Assembly: GCA_035708305.1 (NCBI GenBank)
Contig: DASSSU010000037.1
Coordinates: 1-52,379 of the forward strand
Direction of reading: 5' to 3'
Length of the DNA stretch: 52,379 nt
From: Minisyncoccota bacterium
Lineage (GTDB): Bacteria > Patescibacteriota > Minisyncoccia > Phycocordibacterales > DASSSU01
This document shows positions 18,555-30,549 of the stretch, one piece after another. The notes under the pieces were generated by a model. The model was not told the DNA's origin. It worked only from the letters and a program-made list of their open reading frames with translations, and did not search any database. Position 1 is the first letter of the stretch. Each line of letters opens with the position of its first letter. The translations under genes and the position numbers were made by a program.

Positions 18555-18643
18555 CGGAAGCTCCTGATGTTTCTTTTCAAGACACTGAGACTTGGGCAAA
18601 CGCCCCGGAGTGGTGTCTGGAAAAGAAACATCAGGAGCTTCCG
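18555..18643. repeat. Long inverted repeat (24-bp perfect arms) upstream of the major pilin
   Basis: cggaagctcctgatgtttcttttc (18555-18578) and gaaaagaaacatcaggagcttccg (18620-18643). Confidence 0.9.
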
Positions 18644-18656
18644 TGAACACGCATCT

Positions 18657-18697
18657 GAATCTTTTCGAAGTTTGTAGGCTTCACGAGAAAGGAATAT
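18657..18697 (+). repeat. Family A hairpin, copy A5
   Basis: gaatcttttcgaagtttgtaggcttcacgagaaaggaatat. Confidence 0.75.
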
Positions 18698-18801
18698 TTT
18701 TCTTTATGTGAACGGGCGATGTTTAGAGTACTTGCAATTTTAGATATTCTATGGTTTTATACATTCATCCGACTTTCATGTCATGGGCACTGGCGCAGGA
18801 G

Positions 18802-18810
18802 TTATCCACA
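18802..18810 (+). promoter_or_regulatory. Perfect DnaA box upstream of the major pilin
   Basis: TTATCCACA. Confidence 0.55.
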
Positions 18811-18959
18811 ACAAAAGGGTAAAAATCGTGATAGCATAAGAGTGTACATGAAGATCCGGTACAAGTTTCCTTCGGCGGTTGAGTAAAAAGGAGGGGCTTC
18901 GGATGATATGCGGGTCGAATTTGTATAGTAATTAAACAATTGTTTTAAGCACGAATGTT

Positions 18960-19373
18960 ATGAATAAGAATAATAAAGGTTTTACCCTTATCGAACTTCT
19001 CGTGGTCATCGCGATTATCGGTCTTCTTGCCAGCGTTATTCTTGCAAGTTTGAGTACGGCTCGCGAAAAGTCCCGCGACGCGCGACGTCTTTCTGACGTT
19101 GGACAGATCCGCATCGCTCTCGAAGGATATAATGACGACCATGGAGGATACCCAACTTCGTTATCAGTTTTGTCTCCTGATTACATGACGTCTGTTCCGG
19201 TGGATCCGTCAACGCAAGCATCTTACCTGTATAAGTCTGCAAGCAGCAGTGCGTATTGTCTTGGTACCAACCTGGAGAACCACAACAACAGCGCCCTTGA
19301 CCAATCAGCTTCTTGTGCATCTGGCTTACCTGGATATGTCAATGCTTCTACTACATACGCCGTTCAGCCATAA
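18960..19373 (+). CDS. Type IV pilin, likely the major pilin
   Basis: Class III signal KG|FTLIELLVV; 137 aa; own promoter region and terminator. Confidence 0.9.
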   Translation: MNKNNKGFTLIELLVVIAIIGLLASVILASLSTAREKSRDARRLSDVGQIRIALEGYNDDHGGYPTSLSVLSPDYMTSVPVDPSTQASYLYKSASSSAYCLGTNLENHNNSALDQSASCASGLPGYVNASTTYAVQP

Positions 19374-19395
19374 TCATTCTTTTTAGAAGATTGAT

Positions 19396-19429
19396 AAAAG
19401 AAAACCCCTTCATAAGGGTTTTTCTTTTT
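19396..19429 (+). terminator. Intrinsic terminator after the pilin gene
   Basis: aaaagaaaaccc...gggtttttcttttt. Confidence 0.75.
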
Positions 19430-19575
19430 GTGTATGGCGGTAACTTTTTTGGGAACAAGATTCCTCATTTTTTCAAAAAGATAGCAGATGTGGATTGCCG
19501 ATCTCACGAATTTTTTGCTTTCGTGCTAGGATAAAAGAAAATTTCCCTCTCAAACTTCATTATCTGATTACTTCC

Positions 19576-20484
19576 ATGATCATCATTGCTTCCATTCTTG
19601 CGCTTCTTTTTGGGATGGCGATTGGCAGTTTCTTAAACGTTGTAGTTGACCGCGCAAGTCTCCGGGAAGCGGCACGCGGAAGATCCTGGTGTGACTTCTG
19701 CAAAAAAACACTTTCGTGGTTTGAGCTTCTGCCGGTGGTGAGTTTTGTGATCCAGAGAGGAAAGTGCCGATCGTGCCAGCAGTCTCTCTCGTCACAATAC
19801 CCGACGGTGGAGCTTTTTACCGGCATTGCCTTCGCACTGACTTTGGACCGGCTTTTTCAAAATCGCTTTTTTGGGTTTTTCCATGAAGCGCTCTTTTCTC
19901 CCGGTTTTTCCTTTGCGTCTTCAGGTGAAGTATTTTTCTTTGCGGCAAGTATTCTTTTTGCTTTTCTTGTCGTCGCGCTTTTGGTCACCATTTTGGTATA
20001 TGATCTCAAGCACAAAGTCATTCCCGATGAATTCTCCTACACTTTTGCGACACTTGCCCTCCTCAAGATTTTCTTTATTTTCTTTTTCTTTCCGGGCGCG
20101 GAGAGCACCGACGCACTTCTTCTTGCCGTTCTCGCGGGCCCTCTGTTGGCACTTCCTTTCGCGTTGCTGTGGCTCGTGTCTCGCGGAAAGTGGATGGGGC
20201 TTGGGGATGCGAAACTCACGCTCGGGATCGGATGGCTCTTTGAACTGCTTCCGGGATTCACGGCAATCATTTTCGCCTTTTGGTCCGGTGCTTTGGTGGG
20301 AGTACTGCTCATTGCTTTCCAGAAAATTCAGAAAGTTTGTGGACAACGTGCATTGTCTCCCGCTTCTTCCTCCCTTACAATGAAAAGCGAGCTTCCGTTC
20401 GCCCCTTTTTTGATTCTTGGCATGGCGCTCGTCTTTTTCTTCGGGATCAACCTTTTTTCAGGAGCGTTTCAAATTTTCTTCTAA
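19576..20484 (+). CDS. pilD: Prepilin peptidase/N-methyltransferase
   Basis: GSFLNVV, RSWCDFC, GKCRSC, YDL, MGLGDAKL and LPFAPFL motifs. Confidence 0.93.
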   Translation: MIIIASILALLFGMAIGSFLNVVVDRASLREAARGRSWCDFCKKTLSWFELLPVVSFVIQRGKCRSCQQSLSSQYPTVELFTGIAFALTLDRLFQNRFFGFFHEALFSPGFSFASSGEVFFFAASILFAFLVVALLVTILVYDLKHKVIPDEFSYTFATLALLKIFFIFFFFPGAESTDALLLAVLAGPLLALPFALLWLVSRGKWMGLGDAKLTLGIGWLFELLPGFTAIIFAFWSGALVGVLLIAFQKIQKVCGQRALSPASSSLTMKSELPFAPFLILGMALVFFFGINLFSGAFQIFF

Positions 20485-20503
20485 ACCCATTTCACGACCT
20501 CTT

Positions 20504-21157
20504 ATGACTTCTAGGACTCATACATTTCACGAGACCGAACGAGGATTCAGTCTGATCGAGCTTTTGGTCGCCATTAGTATTTTTATCATTCTGACTTCCG
20601 GATTCATCTTGCGTTACTCCAAGACGCAGTCGGGAACGGTGCTTCATGTGGCAGAAACGGAGGTGGTGAGCACGCTCCAGGAAGCACGGCAGGATGCTAT
20701 CGCGGTGGCACAGTATCAGGGACAGTTTCCGAGCTATGGCGTGTACTTTGACAAATCTACTCCAAACCAGCTGATCATCTACGCGGACTGTGTCGCCGAT
20801 GATTATAAGGACAATAGAATCGACAATAAAGACAACTTCTCCTATCCGTCCGGGAGCGGCTGTTCTGGCGGCGGTCTGGTGAAGACGGTGACTTTGGAGC
20901 GTGGCACGTATGTGAAGGACATCCGAGCCAACCTCTGCGGCGTGGACAAAGGAGCGGCTGGTTGTACGACCAAAGAAGAGGATCGTGCGTCTGTAGAGTA
21001 CGTTCGCCCGGTCCCGACCATCTGGCTTTCAGACTCTTCAGGAAAAGTACTCGAGTACGGGAACATTGAAGTTGATATCGGATCTAGTAAGTCCAGTTCG
21101 ATCAAGACCGTGACGATATGGGGTTCGGGACTCATTGAAACGGATGAAACACGATGA
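20504..21157 (+). CDS. Minor pilin (FimT/FimU-like position)
   Basis: RG|FSLIELLVAI class III signal; start set at ATG 20504. Confidence 0.85.
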   Translation: MTSRTHTFHETERGFSLIELLVAISIFIILTSGFILRYSKTQSGTVLHVAETEVVSTLQEARQDAIAVAQYQGQFPSYGVYFDKSTPNQLIIYADCVADDYKDNRIDNKDNFSYPSGSGCSGGGLVKTVTLERGTYVKDIRANLCGVDKGAAGCTTKEEDRASVEYVRPVPTIWLSDSSGKVLEYGNIEVDIGSSKSSSIKTVTIWGSGLIETDETR

Positions 21158-21795
21158 AATATTTTCTGAAAAAGATTTTGAAAAAGGCTGTTTCAGCGCA
21201 AATACGAAATGAAACCGAAGACAGACGCGGCTTCAGTATCATTGAAACGCTGGTGGCGGTGACTATTGCGAGCTTGGCACTCGCAAGCTTTTCTGCGTCG
21301 GTGGTGCTTTCGATACGCGGGTACAAAGCCAGCCGGGAGTACTACACGGCGGCAAAGATCGCGCAGGAGGGCATGGAGATCGTCATCAACAAACGTGATG
21401 CAAATCTCAGGTGTGTTGCTATTGCGAACAGCGGCGGAACACCTTGTCCTATTTCCGACTATCAACAAAATCTCATTAATGACGATGGGTCAGATGGAGA
21501 CTGGGAGGTGGATGCGGTTACCTACCCAACCATGGGTATTGCCACAAAGTTTAATAAATTCAACCCGAATGATTATCTTTGTGTCACACCACCGGTACCT
21601 CCAAATGACCCCGGGGGTCGATATGGCTACAACTGCGGTGCTGGAAGTACGCCTATTCCGGGCAACTTTACTCGTGAAGTAAAAATTCATAAAATTGACA
21701 GTACCAAACTTCATGTGACGACCATAGTTCGATGGACATCCCAAGGGCAATCAAAGCAGATCGCCCTGGAAGAAGTTCTTTTGGGGTCACCATAA
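21154..21795 (+). CDS. Minor pilin (PilV-like position)
   Basis: RRG|FSIIETLVAV class III signal. Confidence 0.82.
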   Translation: MKYFLKKILKKAVSAQIRNETEDRRGFSIIETLVAVTIASLALASFSASVVLSIRGYKASREYYTAAKIAQEGMEIVINKRDANLRCVAIANSGGTPCPISDYQQNLINDDGSDGDWEVDAVTYPTMGIATKFNKFNPNDYLCVTPPVPPNDPGGRYGYNCGAGSTPIPGNFTREVKIHKIDSTKLHVTTIVRWTSQGQSKQIALEEVLLGSP

Positions 21796-21845
21796 TTGAA
21801 AAAACAGATTCCAAAAAAATATTATTCATGAACATGCATGCATCT

Positions 21846-23582
21846 ATGAAAACATCGCGAAGAAAAGAAAAGGGTTTTACGCTGATAGAACTCCTGGTGG
21901 CGATTGCTATTTTTGTACCGATGATCTTGATGATTGTGTCATCGTTCATGATGCTTGACTCCGCCCGTCGGGATACGGTAAACAAAAACGATCTCATGAA
22001 TCAGCTTCAGTACGGAGTGAACCTCATGGGAACGGAAATCACCTCCGGCTCGGCTTTTCCAACGAGTTGTCAAAGCGGCTGTGACACGCTCAATTTTGCG
22101 ACAAAAGTTCGTCCTGATGTTCCGCAGACAAATGTGTACTACACACTGGACACGAGTACGCATCAGCTGGTGCGCGGAGCACAAAAAACCTTTGGTCTCT
22201 GTGCCACACTTCCGCTTGATGAGAAGTGTTATGAACCGATGACTTCGGCGCGGCTTGATATCACCAGTGCCAAGTTTTTTGTCGGGCATTTTGATGCGGG
22301 AGGAAAGCCGATCGTCACAGTAGTTTTTGACGGAAATGTCGGTGAAGGGAAAGAAAAAGAAGATTTTCACATTTCTTCGTCCTTTTCTCCTCGCTTTACG
22401 CAAGATCCAAATGCTCAGTTGCCGGCAGACAATGAGCCGCCCACGCTTGCTATTACCCAGCCGACCAACGCTTCCACATATTCTACAGGTAATTCAACTA
22501 TCGTGCTTGGGGGAACATTTTCGGATAACGTCGGTGTAACCGAAGTGGATTGGCGGAACGAAGCTGCCACCAACTATGATGGTTTTGCAAGTGTCTCGGG
22601 AACTTCAACCTTGGGAACATGGGAGACCCCAGTTATCAATCTGGTGAGCGGAGTAACGAACAACATCGTAATTACTGCAAAAGATGCAGCGGGTAACACT
22701 ACCATTCAAACTCTGCAAGTAGACTCTACTGGCCCTCCTGCGGCACCCGCATGGCACCTCAATTACCCTTGGGCCACCTGTTACTACACTGGAATTGCTC
22801 GAGTCTATCTGCAGTGGGATGGTCCAACCTACAATGGCGCATATATATATCGTTGCAATGGATCAACATGCACCCCTACAAGCAGTGATTACATCGGCTT
22901 TGCTCAACCCCAGTGGGGGAATGGCTATCAAGATGATACTACCGTCCAAGGTCAAGCTTACAGTTATGCAATCCGAGTAAAAGGGCTTGATTCTCAACTT
23001 AGTCCGTTTTCCAACGTACGAAGCATCACTTCTCCAACTGGTTGTGTTTATACTTCGCCAAGTAGCAGTGGTGGTTCAAGTGGTGGTACTTCTAGTGGCG
23101 GTACCAGTTCGGGAGGCACTAGTTCCGGCGGTACAAGCTCAGGTGGTACTTCTAGTGGCGGTACCAGTTCGGGGGGTACGTCCAGTGGAGGCACTAGTTC
23201 CGGTGGTGGAACCGGCAGCGGGGGGACGACAAATCCAACCGTTACACTTACAGCAAATCCGATCTATCTCCAGGTGGCAGTATCAGGAAGCGTTACCGCC
23301 GGCCCCGATAGGTCTTCCAACACAACCATAACAGTAAATCCGGCAAACGGCACCCCGGGTACTGTCTCCTTCACTGCCACAAGCAGTGTGCCTGATATCC
23401 AAAACTTTTTCTCTCCTCCAAGTGTAGATGCTTCTTCCCAAGCTACTTCACAGTTTTACGTGACGGTTCCGGACGCTACGCCGGAAGGGACGTACAAGGT
23501 TACCGTGGATGTGGATGGTGCCGACGCATCGCCGATCACCCTCTATCTTTCAGTCTCCGTTCGTCAAGGAGGAACTCTCTAA
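21846..23582 (+). CDS. Large minor pilin (PilW-like) with Ig-like/FN3-like extension and (SSGGT)n linker
   Basis: KG|FTLIELLVAI; beta-rich modules (PTLAIT.P...S, N.I.ITAKDAAGN; QGQAYSYAIR); Gly/Ser repeat. Confidence 0.8.
   Translation: MKTSRRKEKGFTLIELLVAIAIFVPMILMIVSSFMMLDSARRDTVNKNDLMNQLQYGVNLMGTEITSGSAFPTSCQSGCDTLNFATKVRPDVPQTNVYYTLDTSTHQLVRGAQKTFGLCATLPLDEKCYEPMTSARLDITSAKFFVGHFDAGGKPIVTVVFDGNVGEGKEKEDFHISSSFSPRFTQDPNAQLPADNEPPTLAITQPTNASTYSTGNSTIVLGGTFSDNVGVTEVDWRNEAATNYDGFASVSGTSTLGTWETPVINLVSGVTNNIVITAKDAAGNTTIQTLQVDSTGPPAAPAWHLNYPWATCYYTGIARVYLQWDGPTYNGAYIYRCNGSTCTPTSSDYIGFAQPQWGNGYQDDTTVQGQAYSYAIRVKGLDSQLSPFSNVRSITSPTGCVYTSPSSSGGSSGGTSSGGTSSGGTSSGGTSSGGTSSGGTSSGGTSSGGTSSGGGTGSGGTTNPTVTLTANPIYLQVAVSGSVTAGPDRSSNTTITVNPANGTPGTVSFTATSSVPDIQNFFSPPSVDASSQATSQFYVTVPDATPEGTYKVTVDVDGADASPITLYLSVSVRQGGTL
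23063..23225 (+). repeat. 15-nt-period coding tandem repeat, about nine (SSGGT) units
   Basis: Translation SSSGGSSGGTSSGGT...; exact ~31-nt duplication 60 nt apart (from 23082 and 23142). Confidence 0.9.
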
Positions 23583-23586
23583 AAAT

Positions 23587-26159
<2,573 letters not shown>

Positions 26160-26164
26160 ATTCT

Positions 26165-26761
26165 ATGATGCAAAAAAAAATCAGCAGAACCACTAAAGTT
26201 TTTATCTCCATCTTAGTCTGTGTGGGAGTGCTTAGTGTGGCATCCATTTTTCTCGCTTCTTTTTCTTGTATGCGATGCACATCACCTGACGCACGGCGTA
26301 TTTCTGATCTTGGCCAGATCCGTATTGCACTCAAAGACTTTCGTTTTGATCACGGCAAGTATCCAGCTACACTGCAGGAACTCCAAGAAACCTATATGAC
26401 CACTGTTCCGGTTGATCCGAAAACAAATCATCCATATCTGTACGGCACGAACGGAGTGCGTACGGATTTTCGCCTCGGAGCAACTCTTGAGAACAAGCAC
26501 AATTCCGCTCTTGAAAGTGATATCGATGAAAGTGCGTACGGTGTGGATGGTACTGATCCGAACTACGTTGTTGGCCCAGACAAAGATACAGATGGTTGGG
26601 ACACCAGTCGTTCATCGGATGAAGGTTCCTTTACCGGGGGAAGTGTGTCACCTGAAGAATTTAAAAACGCCGCGTCAAGCGCTTTGAAAAACAGCGGATT
26701 TCCCTCGGTGGAGACCGGAAACGGCAGCGGAAACGGCAGCGGCGGGGGAGTGGGGAATTAG
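26165..26761 (+). CDS. Pilin-like protein, paralog of the major pilin, lacking a prepilin cleavage motif
   Basis: DARRISDLGQIRIAL...DHG.YP...VPVDP versus DARRLSDVGQIRIAL...DHG.YP...VPVDP in 18960-19373; N-terminal TM without G|FxxxE. Confidence 0.7.
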   Translation: MMQKKISRTTKVFISILVCVGVLSVASIFLASFSCMRCTSPDARRISDLGQIRIALKDFRFDHGKYPATLQELQETYMTTVPVDPKTNHPYLYGTNGVRTDFRLGATLENKHNSALESDIDESAYGVDGTDPNYVVGPDKDTDGWDTSRSSDEGSFTGGSVSPEEFKNAASSALKNSGFPSVETGNGSGNGSGGGVGN

Positions 26762-26822
26762 GGCTTAAAAAAAGCCTGTGGTATGATTAAAATACCATTA
26801 TTCAGCTTCTTTTTGCACTTCC

Positions 26823-27929
26823 ATGAAAGACATTCGCATTCATGTGGCGACCGAAACGATCATCAAAACGGTTTTGATTTTGCTGGCGTTTTATCTGCTC
26901 TTTACTATCAGAGACATTCTGCTGCTTTTGGTGGCATCGGTGGTGATCGCCGCAGCGGTGGAGCCGGCGGCGCTGTGGTTTGTGCGGCACAAAATCCCGC
27001 GCGTTCCGGCAGTGATCATTGTGTACCTGTGTGGACTGCTGGTTTTTTCAGCGATTTTCTACTTTTTCATCCCCCCGCTTTTCCAGGAAATCATCTCTTT
27101 CATCAACCAGATCCCAACGTACGCTTCCAAGCTTGATTTCTTTGGTACGACATCGGGAAGTCAGCCGCTTTTGAGCCAGCTCACCCAGAATATCTCTTTG
27201 GGTGATGCGCTTGGTGAATTCAAAAAAGTCGCGGGGGAGGCGACGGGCGGATTTTTCCAGGTGGTTTCTACGACCTTCGGCGGAGCACTCGGCTTCATTC
27301 TTGTGATTGTCCTTTCTTTTTATCTCGCAGTGCAGGAGCGCGGGATTGAAAATTTCCTCAAGCTTGTTACACCATTCAAAAGCCAACGTTACGTGGTTAA
27401 CCTCTGGGGGCGGGCACAGCTCAAGATCGGTCGGTGGCTTCAGGGACAGTTGCTTCTCGCACTCATCATCGGTGTTTTGGTTTTTCTCGGTCTCACGATT
27501 CTCAGTTTTCAAAACGCCTTCTTTCTTGCGGCACTTGCGGGACTCTGTGAACTTATCCCTATTTTTGGTCCGATCATCGCCGCAGTTCCGGCGGTGCTCA
27601 TCGGTTTCACCATAAGTCCGACGGTAGCGCTTTTGACCATTGCACTCTACATCGTGGTGCAGCAGTTTGAAAACCATCTCATTCAGCCGCTGGTGATGAA
27701 AAAAGTTATCGGTATTTCTCCTCTGGTGGCAATCATCTCACTCATCATCGGCGCGTCTTTGGCAGGATTTTTGGGAATTATTCTTTCTGTTCCGATCGCC
27801 GCAGTGGTGATGGAATTCATCGGTGACGTGTCGAAAGAAAAAGCGCTGGAGGCGGAAGAAGCAGCTGAAGAAGCAGAACTTCGCAAAAAACGCAAGAAAG
27901 AACGGGAAGAACAATCAAAAGAAGAGTAA
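26823..27929 (+). CDS. AI-2E (PerM/UPF0118) family transporter
   Basis: Multi-TM protein with IP.FGP.I..VP, QQFENHLIQP and P.V.IISL.IG motifs. Confidence 0.9.
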   Translation: MKDIRIHVATETIIKTVLILLAFYLLFTIRDILLLLVASVVIAAAVEPAALWFVRHKIPRVPAVIIVYLCGLLVFSAIFYFFIPPLFQEIISFINQIPTYASKLDFFGTTSGSQPLLSQLTQNISLGDALGEFKKVAGEATGGFFQVVSTTFGGALGFILVIVLSFYLAVQERGIENFLKLVTPFKSQRYVVNLWGRAQLKIGRWLQGQLLLALIIGVLVFLGLTILSFQNAFFLAALAGLCELIPIFGPIIAAVPAVLIGFTISPTVALLTIALYIVVQQFENHLIQPLVMKKVIGISPLVAIISLIIGASLAGFLGIILSVPIAAVVMEFIGDVSKEKALEAEEAAEEAELRKKRKKEREEQSKEE

Positions 27930-28010
27930 AGCAACAAGAAAGCGTGGCAAAAAAGAGAAAAGAAAGAAAAGATCAGGGAAAATATCAAAAAGAAAAGTAA
28001 AAACAAAAAC

Positions 28011-29588
28011 GTGGAAGAGAAACAAGCATTGAAAAAATTTTATATTACTACTGCGATTCACTATGCGAATGCCGCACCACACGTGGGGCATGCGTACGAA
28101 GGCGTGCTTGCGGACATTCTCGCCCGATATCAGCGTGGCCGCGGCGCAGAAACTTTTTTTCTCACGGGAACGGACGAGCATGGACAGAAGATCGTCCGCG
28201 CTGCCGAAAAAGCCGGAGTCGGGCCGCAGGCTTTCGTAGATGAAAACGCGGCAAAATTTCAAAAGCTTTACGAAGATCTCCACCTCTCAAATAATGCGTT
28301 CATCCGGACGTCCAACAAAGAAGCACACTGGGCGGGTGCGGAAGAACTCTGGAAGCGCCTTTCAAATGCCGGTGACATTTACCGAGATACGTATGACGGA
28401 CTCTACTGTGTTGGATGTGAAAGCTTTGTGACTGAAAAGGAGCTCGTGGATGGCAAATGCCCGGATCACAATGAAGAGCCACAGGTGGTGGAAGAGGAGA
28501 ATTATTTTTTCCGCGCATCAAAGTATCAGGAACAGCTGATCACGCTTATCGAAAAAGATGAATTGCGTATTTTGCCAGACGCACGAAAAGAAGAGACACT
28601 TGCATTTCTCAAAGCACCGCTTCAAGATCCGAGTTTTTCACGCCCGGAAGGAAGTGTGCCGTGGGGGATTCCAGTTCCGGGTGATCCGACGCAAATGATG
28701 TATGTTTGGTGCGATGCGCTTGCGAACTACATTTCCGCGCTCGGATTTGGAAAAGCGGGTGAGGATGAGAAATTCCAAAAATTCTGGCCGGCGGATGTTC
28801 ACGTGATTGGAAAAGACATTTTGCGCTTTCACGCGGTTTTCTGGCCGGCGATGCTTCTTTCAGCAGAGCTTCCGCTTCCGAAGACGCTCCTGGTGCACGG
28901 ACACCTCATTTCCGGCGGACGCAAGATGTCGAAGACGCTCGGGAATGTGATTGACCCGCAGTATTTCATCAAAAAGTATGGGTCGGAGGCATTTCGACAT
29001 TATTTGGGACACGAAATTTCGCCTTTTCACGACGGCGATTTCACGGAAGAAAAATTCATCGAGAGCTACAACGGCAACTTGGCGAATGGTATCGGCAACT
29101 TGCTTTCACGCACGGTTGCTATGGCACAAAAGTATTTTGATGGAAGTGTGATGTACGATGAAAATATTTCCGTTCCGATGCGGCGGAAACTCGGTGGCTT
29201 CGCAGAAGAAGAAGCACCAGTGTTTCACATCCCGTACTATTTCGATCAATTTGTTTTGCCTGAATACCAAAGAGAAATGGAAGCACTTGAGATTAACAAA
29301 GCAGCGGGTGTGGCGTGGCGGTTTGCCGCGGCGCTTGATGAATATATTTCTGATTATGAGCCGTTCAAGCTGGTGAAGACCGATGCAAAGAAAACCGAGC
29401 AGGTTCTGTGGCAAGTACTTTTTGGTATTTCCAAACTCGCCGAACTTCTTCAGCCGTTTCTTCCCGAAACAGGAGAAAAAATGCACCACGCTCTTGGGGT
29501 TCAGGATGATATAGAAGTAAATTCTGAAACGGTATTTCATACGGAGCCGCTTCCTGAGCCGCTCTTTCAAAAGGTAAACGTCTCTTAA
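28011..29588 (+). CDS. metG: Methionyl-tRNA synthetase
   Basis: HVGH, TGTDEHG.KI, YVW.DAL, GKDILRFH and KMSK motifs; GTG start. Confidence 0.97.
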   Translation: MEEKQALKKFYITTAIHYANAAPHVGHAYEGVLADILARYQRGRGAETFFLTGTDEHGQKIVRAAEKAGVGPQAFVDENAAKFQKLYEDLHLSNNAFIRTSNKEAHWAGAEELWKRLSNAGDIYRDTYDGLYCVGCESFVTEKELVDGKCPDHNEEPQVVEEENYFFRASKYQEQLITLIEKDELRILPDARKEETLAFLKAPLQDPSFSRPEGSVPWGIPVPGDPTQMMYVWCDALANYISALGFGKAGEDEKFQKFWPADVHVIGKDILRFHAVFWPAMLLSAELPLPKTLLVHGHLISGGRKMSKTLGNVIDPQYFIKKYGSEAFRHYLGHEISPFHDGDFTEEKFIESYNGNLANGIGNLLSRTVAMAQKYFDGSVMYDENISVPMRRKLGGFAEEEAPVFHIPYYFDQFVLPEYQREMEALEINKAAGVAWRFAAALDEYISDYEPFKLVKTDAKKTEQVLWQVLFGISKLAELLQPFLPETGEKMHHALGVQDDIEVNSETVFHTEPLPEPLFQKVNVS

Positions 29589-29652
29589 TTATCCCCAAGA
29601 TTGGAACGAACGCGGATTTTTCGAAAAAAATTTTTGTTATAATGAAATCCGT

Positions 29653-30516
29653 ATGAAACATCTCACCATTCTCGGGACGATTACACTTTTTTTTCTTATG
29701 CCGTTTTTTGCGGCGCATGCTGATGGTCAAACATGTTTCGCGGTAAAAGACAGCACGGGGTATCACAAAGTCGGGTGTGCGGATACTCTGGCAGCGTGTC
29801 AGTCCGTGTACCAAGTGACGAGCAATGCGGTGATTCCATGTCAGCCGGAAGCGGTTGTTGATTCTTATGTCAGTGAGAAGAACACCGGCAGTCCTGTTGA
29901 CCCCGGCCCATATTGTTACGTGGGAATTGATTCGAGTGGAAAAGCCAACCCTCTCGCCTGTACAGACAAAGCGGACTGCGAAACTGTCTATGCAAGTGCG
30001 TCAAATGTCATTGCCGCTTGTGAACCACAGTCAAAAGCCATTTCGGATGCGAATAGTTACAATGCTGCCAATACAAATACTGTTACCGTCGGAAATGGAT
30101 CTACCGCCAGTAATGGGGAGAACCCGAGTTCTCAACAAGCCGTAGGTCCGGGTGGAAGCATTCCATATGCCAATGGCAGCTGTGTTCCGCTCGTGCAGTG
30201 TATGGCAAATTGCGGCTTTCCGCAGATCTTGGCAATGATCAAATGTATCGTGACATTTCTCCTCTTCTACATCGCCACTCCGTTTGCTGCTGTCTTCTTT
30301 GTCTATGCTGGGTTTCTCTACATGACTTCCGCCGGCGATCCAGGCAAGGCAAGGTTGGCAAAAGATATTTTTGTCTGGATTGTCTTCGGCTTCATCATCG
30401 CGCTTGTGGCGTGGCTCCTCATCAACGCACTCCTTTTGGGCTTGGGTGTCAAAGACAAGTTTAATTTCCTGAGCGAAACGCTGGCGCTCTTTAAATTCTG
30501 GCCGTATCATTTTTAG
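29653..30516 (+). CDS. CPR-type VirB2/TrbC-like pilin with a Cys-rich repeat N-terminal extension
   Basis: C-terminal A..F.VYAGFLYMTSAGDP.K...AK.I..W...G..I.L.AWLL two-TM pattern; signal peptide; two 4-Cys repeats. Confidence 0.75.
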   Translation: MKHLTILGTITLFFLMPFFAAHADGQTCFAVKDSTGYHKVGCADTLAACQSVYQVTSNAVIPCQPEAVVDSYVSEKNTGSPVDPGPYCYVGIDSSGKANPLACTDKADCETVYASASNVIAACEPQSKAISDANSYNAANTNTVTVGNGSTASNGENPSSQQAVGPGGSIPYANGSCVPLVQCMANCGFPQILAMIKCIVTFLLFYIATPFAAVFFVYAGFLYMTSAGDPGKARLAKDIFVWIVFGFIIALVAWLLINALLLGLGVKDKFNFLSETLALFKFWPYHF

Positions 30517-30549
30517 TACAGAGCGGTTTTTTGATTACGCTGGTAATTT

